Virus record (IMG/VR): IMGVR_UViG_3300028048_002144 | DNA length: 64,000 nucleotides | Reading direction: 5' to 3' (one strand) | Source: a virus | Lineage: Duplodnaviria > Caudoviricetes | In this document: one piece after another, positions 51,064 through 60,256 of the stretch | How the letters are laid out: every line of letters starts with the position of its first letter | How positions within the stretch are numbered: position 1 is the stretch's first letter | Notes under the pieces: model-generated | The model's input: only the letters and a program-made list of their open reading frames with translations | Database searches by the model: none | What the model was told of the DNA's origin: nothing | Translations under genes and position numbers: made by a program

Positions 51064-51834
51064 CTACTTCAAAAACAATCGGAAAATACCATCAATTTCT
51101 TCTTTTGTAATTGTAAGATCTTCGTTTTCCCCTTTATTGATTATGTTTTCGTAATCCTCCAAGCTTAACTCAAAATCACCAAATGCAGGTTGATGCGTAT
51201 CATATAAGGAATTTAATTCTCCAAGTATAAATTGAACTTTATTTTTAGGTTTTGTTATCTTTACTACACATGCACTAGGACTTGGTTTCCCTATTACAAA
51301 ACATTCATTTTTAGACTTCTCTTCATTCGAAAATTTATCCAAAAATGTAGTTACATGATACAAATCTACTCTTCTATCAAACTCATTTAATTCTAAGATT
51401 TCTTGTTCAATATCAATAAGTGATTCCAAGTTATCATCTATATACGCAAAATGCTCTCTATAATTCTTTTCTTCATGACAAATTTCATCGACTAAAAATT
51501 TAATTACTGTTCCTTTCTGATCCGAACTATTAACTCCCCAGAAATCATCTCTATCTACAACGTCAGGCATATATCTATCCAGGAAGTCTAATTTAGCAAA
51601 TATTTCCTGGCTACCTCTTGAACAAGAAGACAAGATTAGAATTCTATTGCCTTCATCTTTTAGTCTTTTAATCACGTTAATTACCGGCACAAAAGGCTTA
51701 CTATATTCGTCATAACAGGCTCTTATCTTTCTGATATTATTTTCAAAATCATTAGGATCTACCATGATAGTGCCTTCTTTGTCATTAAAACGAGGAGTAG
51801 AAATAACACCATCGAAATCAAAAATATAAATCAT
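51064..51834 (-). CDS. HAD superfamily phosphatase
   Basis: IFDFDGV, ILSS, YIDD. Confidence 0.75.
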   Translation of the reverse strand: MIYIFDFDGVISTPRFNDKEGTIMVDPNDFENNIRKIRACYDEYSKPFVPVINVIKRLKDEGNRILILSSCSRGSQEIFAKLDFLDRYMPDVVDRDDFWGVNSSDQKGTVIKFLVDEICHEEKNYREHFAYIDDNLESLIDIEQEILELNEFDRRVDLYHVTTFLDKFSNEEKSKNECFVIGKPSPSACVVKITKPKNKVQFILGELNSLYDTHQPAFGDFELSLEDYENIINKGENEDLTITKEEIDGIFRLFLK

Positions 51835-52225
51835 AAAGTGTCCTTCTTTCTAATAAAAACTACTCACATATTTAATATGACAGTTCGTGAGTTTATTTCT
51901 TATTTATTTACCTATTTCTCTTTTTGTCTCCATATATAATTATGGTAATTCTGGAAATAAATAAGCATAAAGAAACACCTAGTCTCATACAAGGCTAGGT
52001 GCTGTAATTTATTCATATGATTTAATTAATAATCAAAGGTTCTTTTTCTTCCAGACGCAAATATTCTTTATAATACTCTCTATCAGACGTAAAACCTTTT
52101 TCTACAAAATGATTGACAACTTTTTCAAAAGCATCTTCTTTTGTGTCAGCCTTTACATAACCATCATGTCCTTCGAAATAGAAATAAAACATATACAAAA
52201 CCCCTTTCTATAATTTTCTTTTTAG

Positions 52226-52309
52226 TGGATAGGGTAGGACTTGAACCTACAATGTCAATAAGACGACAGTTTTACAGACTGCTGCATTACCAATTCTGCT
52301 CATCTATCC
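52226..52309 (-). tRNA. tRNA-Tyr(GTA)
   Basis: Cloverleaf; GCAGT-CTGTAAA-ACTGT; long V-arm. Confidence 0.9.
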
Positions 52310-52329
52310 ATATTCTATTCAATGTCTAT

Positions 52330-52524
52330 TTATTGTAAAAAATACATAATTAAAATTGAAGCTCCAAACAATATAAAAGCTTTAAGCATAGCTTGTATAC
52401 TATCAATTTTTCTTTCATCTTTTGTATTTTGATAAGATAAATAAGGAATAAGTCCTTTAAATACAAAATAAACCATTGAAATTGATGTACCTACTATTGC
52501 TGATATAAATAAAATAGTTTTCAT
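52330..52524 (-). CDS. small membrane protein
   Basis: Two TM segments; RBS. Confidence 0.55.
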   Translation of the reverse strand: MKTILFISAIVGTSISMVYFVFKGLIPYLSYQNTKDERKIDSIQAMLKAFILFGASILIMYFLQ

Positions 52525-52568
52525 TTTCTTTTCCTCTTTTAATAAGCATTAAGATAAATACATTTAAA

Positions 52569-52657
52569 AGTAGGTGATCGGAATCGAACCGATGATCTAT
52601 AAATAAGACGTACAGTTTTGCAGACTGCCTTCTCGAACCAACAGAGAATTCACCTAC
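52569..52657 (-). tRNA. tRNA-Cys(GCA), atypical long variable arm
   Basis: GCAGT-CTGCAAA-ACTGT; T-arm ATCGG-TTCGATT-CCGAT; U73. Confidence 0.7.
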
Positions 52658-52837
52658 ATATATAATTATTTTTCTTTGGTAGTTTGCAATATTGGATATT
52701 TGTTCTAGGTTTAGGGCATTGTTCTAATGGTTTCCATTTGAAGCTATCCATTAAATATCCTAGAACACATTGCATTTCGTATTTGCTACAAGGACTAGAT
52801 TCAAGTGCTCTACATCCATCACATGATTTTTTCATAA

Positions 52838-53134
52838 TTATCCTTCTTTACTATCTATCCATATAAGTGTAGCTGGAGCAATTACCAGATAAAATATTGC
52901 AATTTTACTAAGAGTTTTCGGTATCAACAAAAAAATTTTCGGAATTAAAAAGAAACACAATAGATCAATAAGATAAAGTCCTGCTATCATGCGTGGAACA
53001 AATCTTTTTGCATGTTCTTCCATTTCATGTTCAGCCTCTCCAATCTTTGTAGTTTTCTCTTCTGGAGAAAGTTCTTCATTAGTTATTGTGCTTGTCACTT
53101 TTGTTGCAAACTTCATATATTCCTTGAGAAACAT
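52838..53134 (-). CDS. membrane protein
   Basis: C-terminal TM segments. Confidence 0.55.
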   Translation of the reverse strand: MFLKEYMKFATKVTSTITNEELSPEEKTTKIGEAEHEMEEHAKRFVPRMIAGLYLIDLLCFFLIPKIFLLIPKTLSKIAIFYLVIAPATLIWIDSKEG

Positions 53135-53155
53135 TTCTTTACTCCCTATTAAAAT

Positions 53156-53488
53156 CTACCAGCCTATTGTTAATAAATCCAAGCATGTTTCATTATCATG
53201 TGTAAATTCTTGATATCCTACTACAATCATTTCCGGATCATAAGAGTCATAGTCTAAAGGATTAATCTTTCCATTTTCGATTTTAAACACACCACAAAAA
53301 CCAAACACATTTGACCATCCAGGAATTTTACTTACATCATGTAACTGGATTACAGCATATTTATCCGAAAATAAATCTGTTTTATCAAACTCAGTTGGCT
53401 TTTCTAAAAATGAAAAATCTTTATAGTCATCAGTATTTAATACACGTTGTTTAAGTTTTTCAAAGGTTTCTTTTTCATTCATTATCAT
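53156..53488 (-). CDS. hypothetical protein
   Basis: Operon gene. Confidence 0.6.
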   Translation of the reverse strand: MIMNEKETFEKLKQRVLNTDDYKDFSFLEKPTEFDKTDLFSDKYAVIQLHDVSKIPGWSNVFGFCGVFKIENGKINPLDYDSYDPEMIVVGYQEFTHDNETCLDLLTIGW

Positions 53489-53784
53489 GCCTCAAAACAA
53501 TTTTTATTAGTTTTTGTTTCTGGGTTTTCTGCTAATATTGAATCAAGAATTACTACTCGTGTTCTTTTGGTTTGTTGTCTAAATTTTTCTAAATCACGAT
53601 CATCACTAACAAAATATGTATCTGTGTAATTACACTCTAACTCTCTTTTAACAACATCAGAAACAGATTCATATTGCTGACGTTTTGCGTATCGCAAAAA
53701 TGCTGCTTTAGCAGCTTCGAAAAAGGGATCTCCTTCTTCTTTTTTAGGCTTAAAAAGATTTTTTATACAAGATAATACTTTCAT
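53485..53784 (-). CDS. hypothetical protein
   Basis: AAGGAG RBS. Confidence 0.6.
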   Translation of the reverse strand: MKVLSCIKNLFKPKKEEGDPFFEAAKAAFLRYAKRQQYESVSDVVKRELECNYTDTYFVSDDRDLEKFRQQTKRTRVVILDSILAENPETKTNKNCFEA

Positions 53785-53823
53785 ATTTTCATTCTCCTTA
53801 TAAATTCAATTATGTTTCTAACA

Positions 53824-54120
53824 TTAATTGTCCTGTAATAATATAATAAGATTTTTCAGAGCTTCTTCTGGAGTATTGCCTTTACCGATAATATAATCGT
53901 TTACATCATGGTCAGGATCATTTCCTTCCCAAAAGTTTTGGCATTCAACATCTCCTGCATCAACAGGAAGTTCAAAAAATATATATGATGGAGATAGATT
54001 AAACGCAAGAAAGCAAGCTCCCGAATATGCTCCACCATATCTGTCTTCGATAATGCAAAGAGGACATGGTATTTTTAAATTTATAAGTTCAGATGATTTC
54101 TGGTTTAAATCTTTATTCAT
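53824..54120 (-). CDS. hypothetical protein
   Basis: Start moved to MNKDL after AAGGAG; the longer track ORF overlaps tRNA-His. Confidence 0.65.
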   Translation of the reverse strand: MNKDLNQKSSELINLKIPCPLCIIEDRYGGAYSGACFLAFNLSPSYIFFELPVDAGDVECQNFWEGNDPDHDVNDYIIGKGNTPEEALKNLIILLQDN

Positions 54121-54142
54121 ATTTTCGTTCTCCTTATAAAAA

Positions 54143-54230
54143 GGGTGAAGGAGGAGACTCGAACTCCCACGAGCATTACACTCGGCAGATCCACAATCTG
54201 CTGCGTCTTCCAATTTCGCCACCAACACCC
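54143..54230 (-). tRNA. tRNA-His(GTG), Leu-like body with long variable arm
   Basis: GCAGA-TTGTGGA-TCTGC; G-1:C73; V-arm CGAGTGTAATGCTCG. Confidence 0.8.
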
Positions 54231-54232
54231 TA

Positions 54233-54307
54233 TTGCAGAACTGGGAGTCGAACCCAGTATCTCGAGATTATGAGACTCGAATGGTATATCCGTTCCACTC
54301 TTCTGCC
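54233..54307 (-). tRNA. tRNA-Met(CAT), 1:72 mismatch
   Basis: CGAGT-CTCATAA-TCTCG; standard T-arm. Confidence 0.75.
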
Positions 54308-54345
54308 ATGTTATAAAATTATTACAACTAGATTTAGGAAGGTCT

Positions 54346-54416
54346 CTCCCCAGTACAGGACTCGAACCTTGATTTCTTCGTTTCCAAAGTGTTCTACCGA
54401 TTGAACTAACCGGGGA
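54346..54416 (-). ncRNA. tRNA-like RNA with a GAAA tetraloop instead of an anticodon loop
   Basis: Acceptor TCCCCGG/CTGGGGA, canonical D-arm, CTTTG-GAAA-CGAAG, GGTTCGAGTCC. Confidence 0.65.
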
Positions 54417-54441
54417 TTCGCCTTCCATGTCTAATTGTTTA

Positions 54442-54514
<73 letters not shown>

Positions 54515-54638
54515 CTATTAATAATTAATGTCTACGGTCCGAAAACGCCTCGTCTGCAGCCGATACCTTTTATACTGAAATAACAGTTTAAGCATGGCCA
54601 AAAACTGTGCAAACGTATACACAAGGAATAGACAGTAG

Positions 54639-54711
54639 TGATTCCTGCGAGAATCGAACTCTGCATCTTAGCCTTGAAAGGGCTATGTCATAACCATTAG
54701 ACCAAGGAACC
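54639..54711 (-). tRNA. tRNA-Glu(TTC)
   Basis: TAGCC-CTTTCAA-GGCTA. Confidence 0.9.
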
Positions 54712-54821
54712 ATGACTCGTTGTTTAGCTAATTTTTAAGTGGACAACGATAACCACTCGCACTAAATTGTAAAACATAAAGTTTCATTTAATAATTCAAG
54801 TTTAGCCTACTTGTTTATTTG

Positions 54822-55814
54822 TTATCTATCGTCTCCGATATCAAAATCGTCCATAGAATCCGAGATATCTTTTTCCTTTTTGATATTCGGTTCTGGCTTT
54901 TTGTAACATATATCTCCACGTTCTAAATGTATTTCTAAAGCGTGATCCAAAATACGTTCTTTTCTTTCTTGTATCATTGTCTTATAAAAATTCTTACGAG
55001 TATCTGATATGATAGGTGTCTCATCAATGATTTTATTGATTTTATCCATATCAATATTTGGAACGATTTTCGCAATTGCTCTTACACAATTAATATCATC
55101 ACTTGAATTAAGCATCTCGTGATAAGTGTATTTTTCTGCATGCTTAATGTCATCTGTTTTTAATAGTGCTGCTTTAGGAAAATCGTACATTCTTCTATCG
55201 ATTTCTTCCCTGCTACTTAGAATTTTTTCAAATGCCTTTTCAGCCAATCCAGGATATAAAGAACTACCACAATCATAAACAGGTGCTAAACGAATTGTTC
55301 GTTCTTGTTCATTAACAAGATATCCCCAGTTCCCCTTATGGCGATCAAAATTGCCAATCAAAGCATCTGCAACAAATGTATCCCAATACCTAGCTATCGA
55401 TTCATCTCTAATTACGGATAATAGAGATCGATCTATGGTTCCATATATTTGATTGTATGTTGGTATGCGACCAATCTCGTTTTTTCTATATACAGTACGC
55501 ATAAACCAATCGAACTCCTGAAGCTTTTCACCTGGTTGTACAAAGTCTTTACATGCAACAACCGGTTCATCCTCATACACACCTAATAAAGTATCGTGTG
55601 TTGGTAATCCCAAAGATCCTACTATATGGCTACCAATGTATTCTGAGAATACGCTGTTTGAGGTGCTTGTTGTCAAATCATTAATCTTTTGTTTTTCATC
55701 GGCAAATTTAAGCATATAATGTTCGCCATTATAAATGATTGATTTCTTAGAATCTGAACCACCATAATCACGCAAACCTTGTTGTGCATATGTAAAATCA
55801 ATGATTTGTTCCAT
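54822..55814 (-). CDS. HipA/CtkA-like Ser/Thr kinase
   Basis: YGGS..K, YMLKF, SEYIG, DALIGNFDRHKGNWG, APVYDCGSSL. Confidence 0.85.
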   Translation of the reverse strand: MEQIIDFTYAQQGLRDYGGSDSKKSIIYNGEHYMLKFADEKQKINDLTTSTSNSVFSEYIGSHIVGSLGLPTHDTLLGVYEDEPVVACKDFVQPGEKLQEFDWFMRTVYRKNEIGRIPTYNQIYGTIDRSLLSVIRDESIARYWDTFVADALIGNFDRHKGNWGYLVNEQERTIRLAPVYDCGSSLYPGLAEKAFEKILSSREEIDRRMYDFPKAALLKTDDIKHAEKYTYHEMLNSSDDINCVRAIAKIVPNIDMDKINKIIDETPIISDTRKNFYKTMIQERKERILDHALEIHLERGDICYKKPEPNIKKEKDISDSMDDFDIGDDR

Positions 55815-56019
55815 ATATACCACCTCTACAGTAATAATCTTTTAAAGCTTCTTGTTGTTCTCGTGTCAAATCGATATCATATGAATTAATATCCGAACGA
55901 AGATTGTCCATGTAACAATCTGGAAGCTCGCCACCACTGTTTAAATACTCTAACAATTCATCGATATCTCTTTGAATCAAATACGGAATATTAAAATCGA
56001 ACTTCTTTGCATAATACAT
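55798..56019 (-). CDS. small protein overlapping the kinase start (candidate antitoxin)
   Basis: AAGGAG RBS before MYYAK; overlaps the kinase gene. Confidence 0.55.
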   Translation of the reverse strand: MYYAKKFDFNIPYLIQRDIDELLEYLNSGGELPDCYMDNLRSDINSYDIDLTREQQEALKDYYCRGGIYGTNH

Positions 56020-56138
56020 ATATTGTGCTCCTTTTAAATATGTATATCTTTTTATTTGAAACAAAATAACGTTCCATATAATTAGTATAACATTATCATT
56101 TCTACATTATTTACAAAAATAGATTCGATTTAAAGGAA

Positions 56139-56195
56139 TAGCGATAACCGGATTCGAACCGATACCTTGCAAATGCACCATTACACCATATCGCC
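56139..56195 (-). ncRNA. 57-nt tRNA-like RNA lacking the anticodon stem
   Basis: GGCGATA/TATCGCT acceptor, D-arm, TTGCAAGGT linker, ATCGG-TTCGAAT-CCGGT. Confidence 0.65.
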
Positions 56196-56422
56196 ATCAG
56201 ACCGTTTTTAGTCGCCTTTAAAGTTTAATCTCAAAGGATCTCTTGAGTGCGTGATCAAACTCTGTGTCTTTTAATGCCCTATAGGCTCTGTTCTTTAATG
56301 CCCTGTAGGCATGATACTATGATAGGTTTATGGTCTCTTATCCCCGACCTCTCGGATATGTTTAAAGTCTCTAACCCGACTAATTTTGAATCGTCCACTA
56401 AAGCAGGACCTCTCTAATTTTA

Positions 56423-56767
56423 TCAACTATTTTTAACTAGGATATTCTTCATAAAAATATAGTCATTCAAAAAATCTTGTATTTTAGCCTTAACCTTTAT
56501 TGATCCTAGAGTATCTTTCGTTCTATTCATTGTTGAAAATACTAAATCTCTTCTTTTTACATCATCATCAATAAAATAACGGGTATCACAATGAAGAGAA
56601 TTACAAAGTAGTTCTAAATCAAAAGTATTAATTTCTTCGTAAGCAAGTTCATTAGCAATTAGTTTCTTAATTACATCTTCATCTACAAAAGACTCTTTAG
56701 ATAAAATAGAACAATCAATATTCAACATATTCATTCTTTTACGCAATTCATTACCAATGTACTTCAT
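56423..56767 (-). CDS. XRE-like HTH protein
   Basis: IGNELRKRM..LSKES.V..I..L...LCNSLHCDTRYF. Confidence 0.55.
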   Translation of the reverse strand: MKYIGNELRKRMNMLNIDCSILSKESFVDEDVIKKLIANELAYEEINTFDLELLCNSLHCDTRYFIDDDVKRRDLVFSTMNRTKDTLGSIKVKAKIQDFLNDYIFMKNILVKNS

Positions 56768-57012
56768 ACGTAAACTCCTATTTAACTATGCTTACAAAAG
56801 ATATCAAAAATATTATTTATCGTGTTTTAGATGATAGAATTTTCATCCAAATCAATCTATATGTATGAATTAAAGACTCTGTGTATTCTTGCATTTCTTT
56901 TAGAATTTTTGGATCTTCAATATGCTTAGGATACCCATATTTTGTTGCATTTAAAAACAAGTGTATCTTAACGTATTTCTCTCGTATTTTTAATTCTTCC
57001 TCAGTCGTATGG

Positions 57013-57198
57013 TTACCAATATGTATTCCATACTGACCAAACTATTATTTTTAACCAAAACGGAACTTTTTTCATTTCTTGAATCATTTCTGGGTGATCT
57101 ATAATATAAATAATTTTACATTTCTCAAGATAAATACGAATAAGAATAAGAATAAGAATTACTATAATTGCTCCAATTGTAATAATAGTTTCATTCAT
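57013..57198 (-). CDS. small membrane protein
   Basis: Start moved to MNETI; the longer track ORF overlaps tRNA-Trp. Confidence 0.5.
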   Translation of the reverse strand: MNETIITIGAIIVILILILIRIYLEKCKIIYIIDHPEMIQEMKKVPFWLKIIVWSVWNTYW

Positions 57199-57231
57199 TA
57201 TTGCAATATCTTCCCTTTCTAAAACACTGAG

Positions 57232-57315
57232 CAGGCGTGGAGAGATTCGAACTCTCAGTATCCTTTCGGAGTCATGGTTTTGGAGACCACTGCTGTTCCG
57301 TTGAGCCACACGCCT
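57232..57315 (-). tRNA. tRNA-Trp(CCA), long variable arm
   Basis: GTGGT-CTCCAAA-ACCAT; V-arm TCC-GAAA-GGA; G73. Confidence 0.85.
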
Positions 57316-57371
57316 ATAAATAAGTATCAATATTAAGCAATTGTCTAAAATACGAGGTCTCAATACATCAG

Positions 57372-57455
57372 GAGCGTTGCAGGGAATTGAACCCTAAACT
57401 AGTATTTTCCTTCGGCTCAGAACCGCTGTGCTATCCGTTACACCAAACAACGCTC
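57372..57455 (-). ncRNA. atypical tRNA-like RNA (nominal CTG/Gln anticodon)
   Basis: 8-bp acceptor GAGCGTTG/CAACGCTC; weak anticodon stem; paralogous to 60257-60336. Confidence 0.55.
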
Positions 57456-57552
57456 ATATAGGTAATTTAGGCATTTTGCCAGGGTTTTATGTTGCCAGAT
57501 GCCTCCATCTTAGCGCAATCTTAAAACCACAACCTATTTACCCACATTTTAA

Positions 57553-57636
57553 CGCAGTATCCAGGACTCGAACCTGGAAACCATTTCTGGATGCTTGATT
57601 AGTAGTCAAGTGCTGTACCAATTGAGCCAATACTGC
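57553..57636 (-). tRNA. tRNA-Ser(ACT)
   Basis: CTTGA-CTACTAA-TCAAG; long V-arm; G73. Confidence 0.8.
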
Positions 57637-57803
57637 ATAATTAATGCAGCTCCTCTTGTCTCGAACCTTTACAGATAGGAAAGTTAGCTATTCTTTCGTT
57701 CGTCTGTTTTCCCCAGATCAAATATGCTGGTCTGTCAGGGGACTCAAGGATACTGCTTTAACTAGGTCGTAATGCCTAAAATACGAGGTCACAATGCCCC
57801 AAG

Positions 57804-57875
57804 CGACTCTACTGGGAATCGAACCCAAATCTTCGGATAGACAGTCCGACATAATAGCCGTTATACCATAGAGCC
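57804..57875 (-). tRNA. tRNA-Asp(GTC)
   Basis: TCGGA-CTGTCTA-TCCGA. Confidence 0.9.
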
Positions 57876-58137
57876 ATAGTGCCTACCAATTCACATTATC
57901 ATACATGGGGGGAGGTTCAAATATGTATGAATATGCTATAAGCTCGGCTTTGCTTCCATTTCAAAAGGAGAATTCTAATAATGAAAATAAACGCAGTAAA
58001 CTATAAACAAAATGAAAGGGGAATACTAAAACAAACACAAAAAAAGTGAATGGTATTTAGTAAACATGCGCTTATTCTATTATTAGAGTGCATCTAATGG
58101 GATTCGAACCCATACTCTATTGCTAGAAAGGGATTTT

Positions 58138-58823
58138 CGTACCACTATATCTTTCAATACCCATCTGTGTATATGGTTTGTGGTCTGGAATCAATCTTTG
58201 CCCACTACTAAAAGTGTTGGGGCAGGACATGTATATTCTCTACGCACTCACTTAATAGTGATTGGCACGGTATTGCTACTAGGAAAAGTTTCACCGTTTA
58301 GTGTCCATTCAGCGTAAATATTCCTATTTACCTGCTCATGCTTACCAGAGTAATTCAACTTCTTTTAGTCTGTTTTCCATTCGATATAAAAGTTTATAAC
58401 TATGACTACCTACTTTTCCTGAACATGATTTACTACAAGTTAAATAACGTGTTCTACCACGATTTATATCAACATAAAATCTTGTCCATTTATCGCTTTT
58501 CATAACAAACTTAGCACCACAAATAATACAGGTTTCAATTGTATCTTTGTATTTTCTAGAATGTTGTTTTTGATGCTCACCATGAACTAAAATTTCTAAA
58601 TTAGATAAATCATTATTATCTGGGTTTTCGTCTTTATGATGAACATCTTCTTCTGGCTTTAATGGCCTGCCTAGCTTCTTCGCCATTAAAATTCGAGGAT
58701 ATGAAATTACATGTGGTTTGCCATTTTCATCTACACAGTAAGCTCTCCACCTGCCATCCCTGCATTTGTAAGCTTTTTTAATAAAAAGATCCATATGCTA
58801 TCCTCTCTAAGGCCTTACTATCT
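58138..58823 (-). mobile_element. group I intron with homing endonuclease
   Basis: Exon ends in U and intron ends in G; P AAACGGTGAAAC, Q AATACCGTGCCAA, R GTAGAGAATA, S AAGATTGATTCCA. Confidence 0.85.
58342..58794 (-). CDS. intron-encoded HNH homing endonuclease
   Basis: LGRPL..EDVHHKDENPDNNDLSNLE..H..QH; C-terminal CxxC..CSxxC. Confidence 0.9.
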   Translation of the reverse strand: MDLFIKKAYKCRDGRWRAYCVDENGKPHVISYPRILMAKKLGRPLKPEEDVHHKDENPDNNDLSNLEILVHGEHQKQHSRKYKDTIETCIICGAKFVMKSDKWTRFYVDINRGRTRYLTCSKSCSGKVGSHSYKLLYRMENRLKEVELLW

Positions 58824-59109
58824 AAGTCCCTCGTGTCTGCCAGTTCCACCATAGATGCATATTTGTCTACTTAAAGAACCATTAGAAATGTAGACTTTAT
58901 TCTTTTTAATATAAGGATTTATGTTAATCGTACTACCCTATATTTGGAACCTGGTCAAAAATAAATAATAGATCAAAATAATAATAATATTGGTTAGTTA
59001 ACCTTCGTCTCTAATTCTGTTTGTAAATCTTCTTAAACCCATATCATAAGTCTTCCTTTCTGTAGCCTATTTTTTATTAATAAAATGAGTTTAATGCTTC
59101 ATTTTTTAA

Positions 59110-59181
59110 CAGCCCATACTGGATTCGAACCAGTGCATCAGGGAGTCAAATTCCCCTGCCTTACCGCTTGGCTAATGAGCT
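59110..59181 (-). tRNA. tRNA-Gln(TTG)
   Basis: GGGGA-ATTTGAC-TCCCT. Confidence 0.9.
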
Positions 59182-59354
59182 AGATTGTGGGGTTTATCAA
59201 ACCCCACATGTAAAGATTGAGTTATCTCAAAAAAATAATGAGATAAAGGGTAGGTAGGATTTCTACCATGAAAGAAAGTATAAAATCAACATTGAGATAT
59301 CAAAAAGTATCAAAAATATATCTCGAACTATAGTGAAATGGATACTTTTTATAG

Positions 59355-59428
59355 CGGATTCGCCAGGACTCGAACCTGGGACATCATGATTAACAGTCAT
59401 GCGTTCTAACCGACTGAACTACGAATCC
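59355..59428 (-). tRNA. tRNA-Asn(GTT)
   Basis: CATGA-CTGTTAA-TCATG. Confidence 0.93.
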
Positions 59429-59612
59429 ATACAGGAAACATCACTTTGATAAATGACGTTTCCAGGACATCCTTCTACAACATGGTAGACGATTATTCGA
59501 GGATTTTGATACCGCAGTTCCACAACTGCGTACAACAAACAGAAAGGAAGGTGACGTTACGTGAAGTGCGACCCCTATCTGTCTATTGCATTAAATTGTA
59601 AGAGACAGAGTG

Positions 59613-60221
59613 TTACATAAACACTCTATAAGAATAACTGCCGAACTCGTTTTACTAACTTCGCTCTATTCTTAATAGCACCACTATATTCGATCACATG
59701 GAAGATACATGCGAACCTAAATTGTACGGGTTTAGGCTATGTACCCTGGCAAGCCATGAAAGGACTGATACCTTTAACTTTCACCACCATTCGCATTAAA
59801 ATAACAGATCCTTATAAATCTTCTGTTTTTAAGATTTTAATGCAAGCATTAGGCTACTCGTACAGACTTCTATTCTTATTGGTAAGAATTTCTTCTTACA
59901 TCTATGCTTTACCTACTTATTTGATTATTCCAACTGCAGTATCCCTTGTTATCACACGCAGGGCTTACAGGGTTCCCTACCTATTTCTAGTGGGCTTATT
60001 ATCGCAGGTGATAGTTTGTCTTATCTTTAGCTTCGTCTATCAAGATATGCCATAACCAACGTTTGAGAGGTTCCTCTCTTTTATCTCTATTATTACTAAT
60101 AAAGAAGTGGGCTCTCACATACACTATCGCATATGCTTATCCTTTGATTGCATTATGCCCTAGCAGAGTTGGCGACTCTTCTGCACTAGGATGGCAATTA
60201 TTCTTATAGAATGTTTATGTA
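59613..60221 (-). ncRNA. large ornate ncRNA, ROOL/GOLLD-like (about 610 nt)
   Basis: 29-bp closing helix with two G-U pairs on the minus strand; many internal hairpins; lies within the tRNA island. Confidence 0.65.
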
Positions 60222-60256
60222 TTTTTCAATGTGCATATTAAGCTATTAAAAGCTTA

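Larger units (their letters stand above)
58089..58858 (-). tRNA. tRNA-Leu(TAA) split by a group I intron (exons 58824-58858 and 58089-58137)
   Basis: Joined exons give AGGGA-CTT^AAAA-TCCCT and acceptor GCATCTA/TAGATGC. Confidence 0.9.

Noticed and set aside
56266-56310. Two copies of TTTAATGCCCT(A/G)TAGGC
   Set aside because: A single short duplication with no further context; too weak to interpret.
59613-60221. tmRNA or RNase P RNA
   Set aside because: No Ala-type tRNA-like ends or tag frame, no RNase P P4 consensus recognised, and the length is too large.
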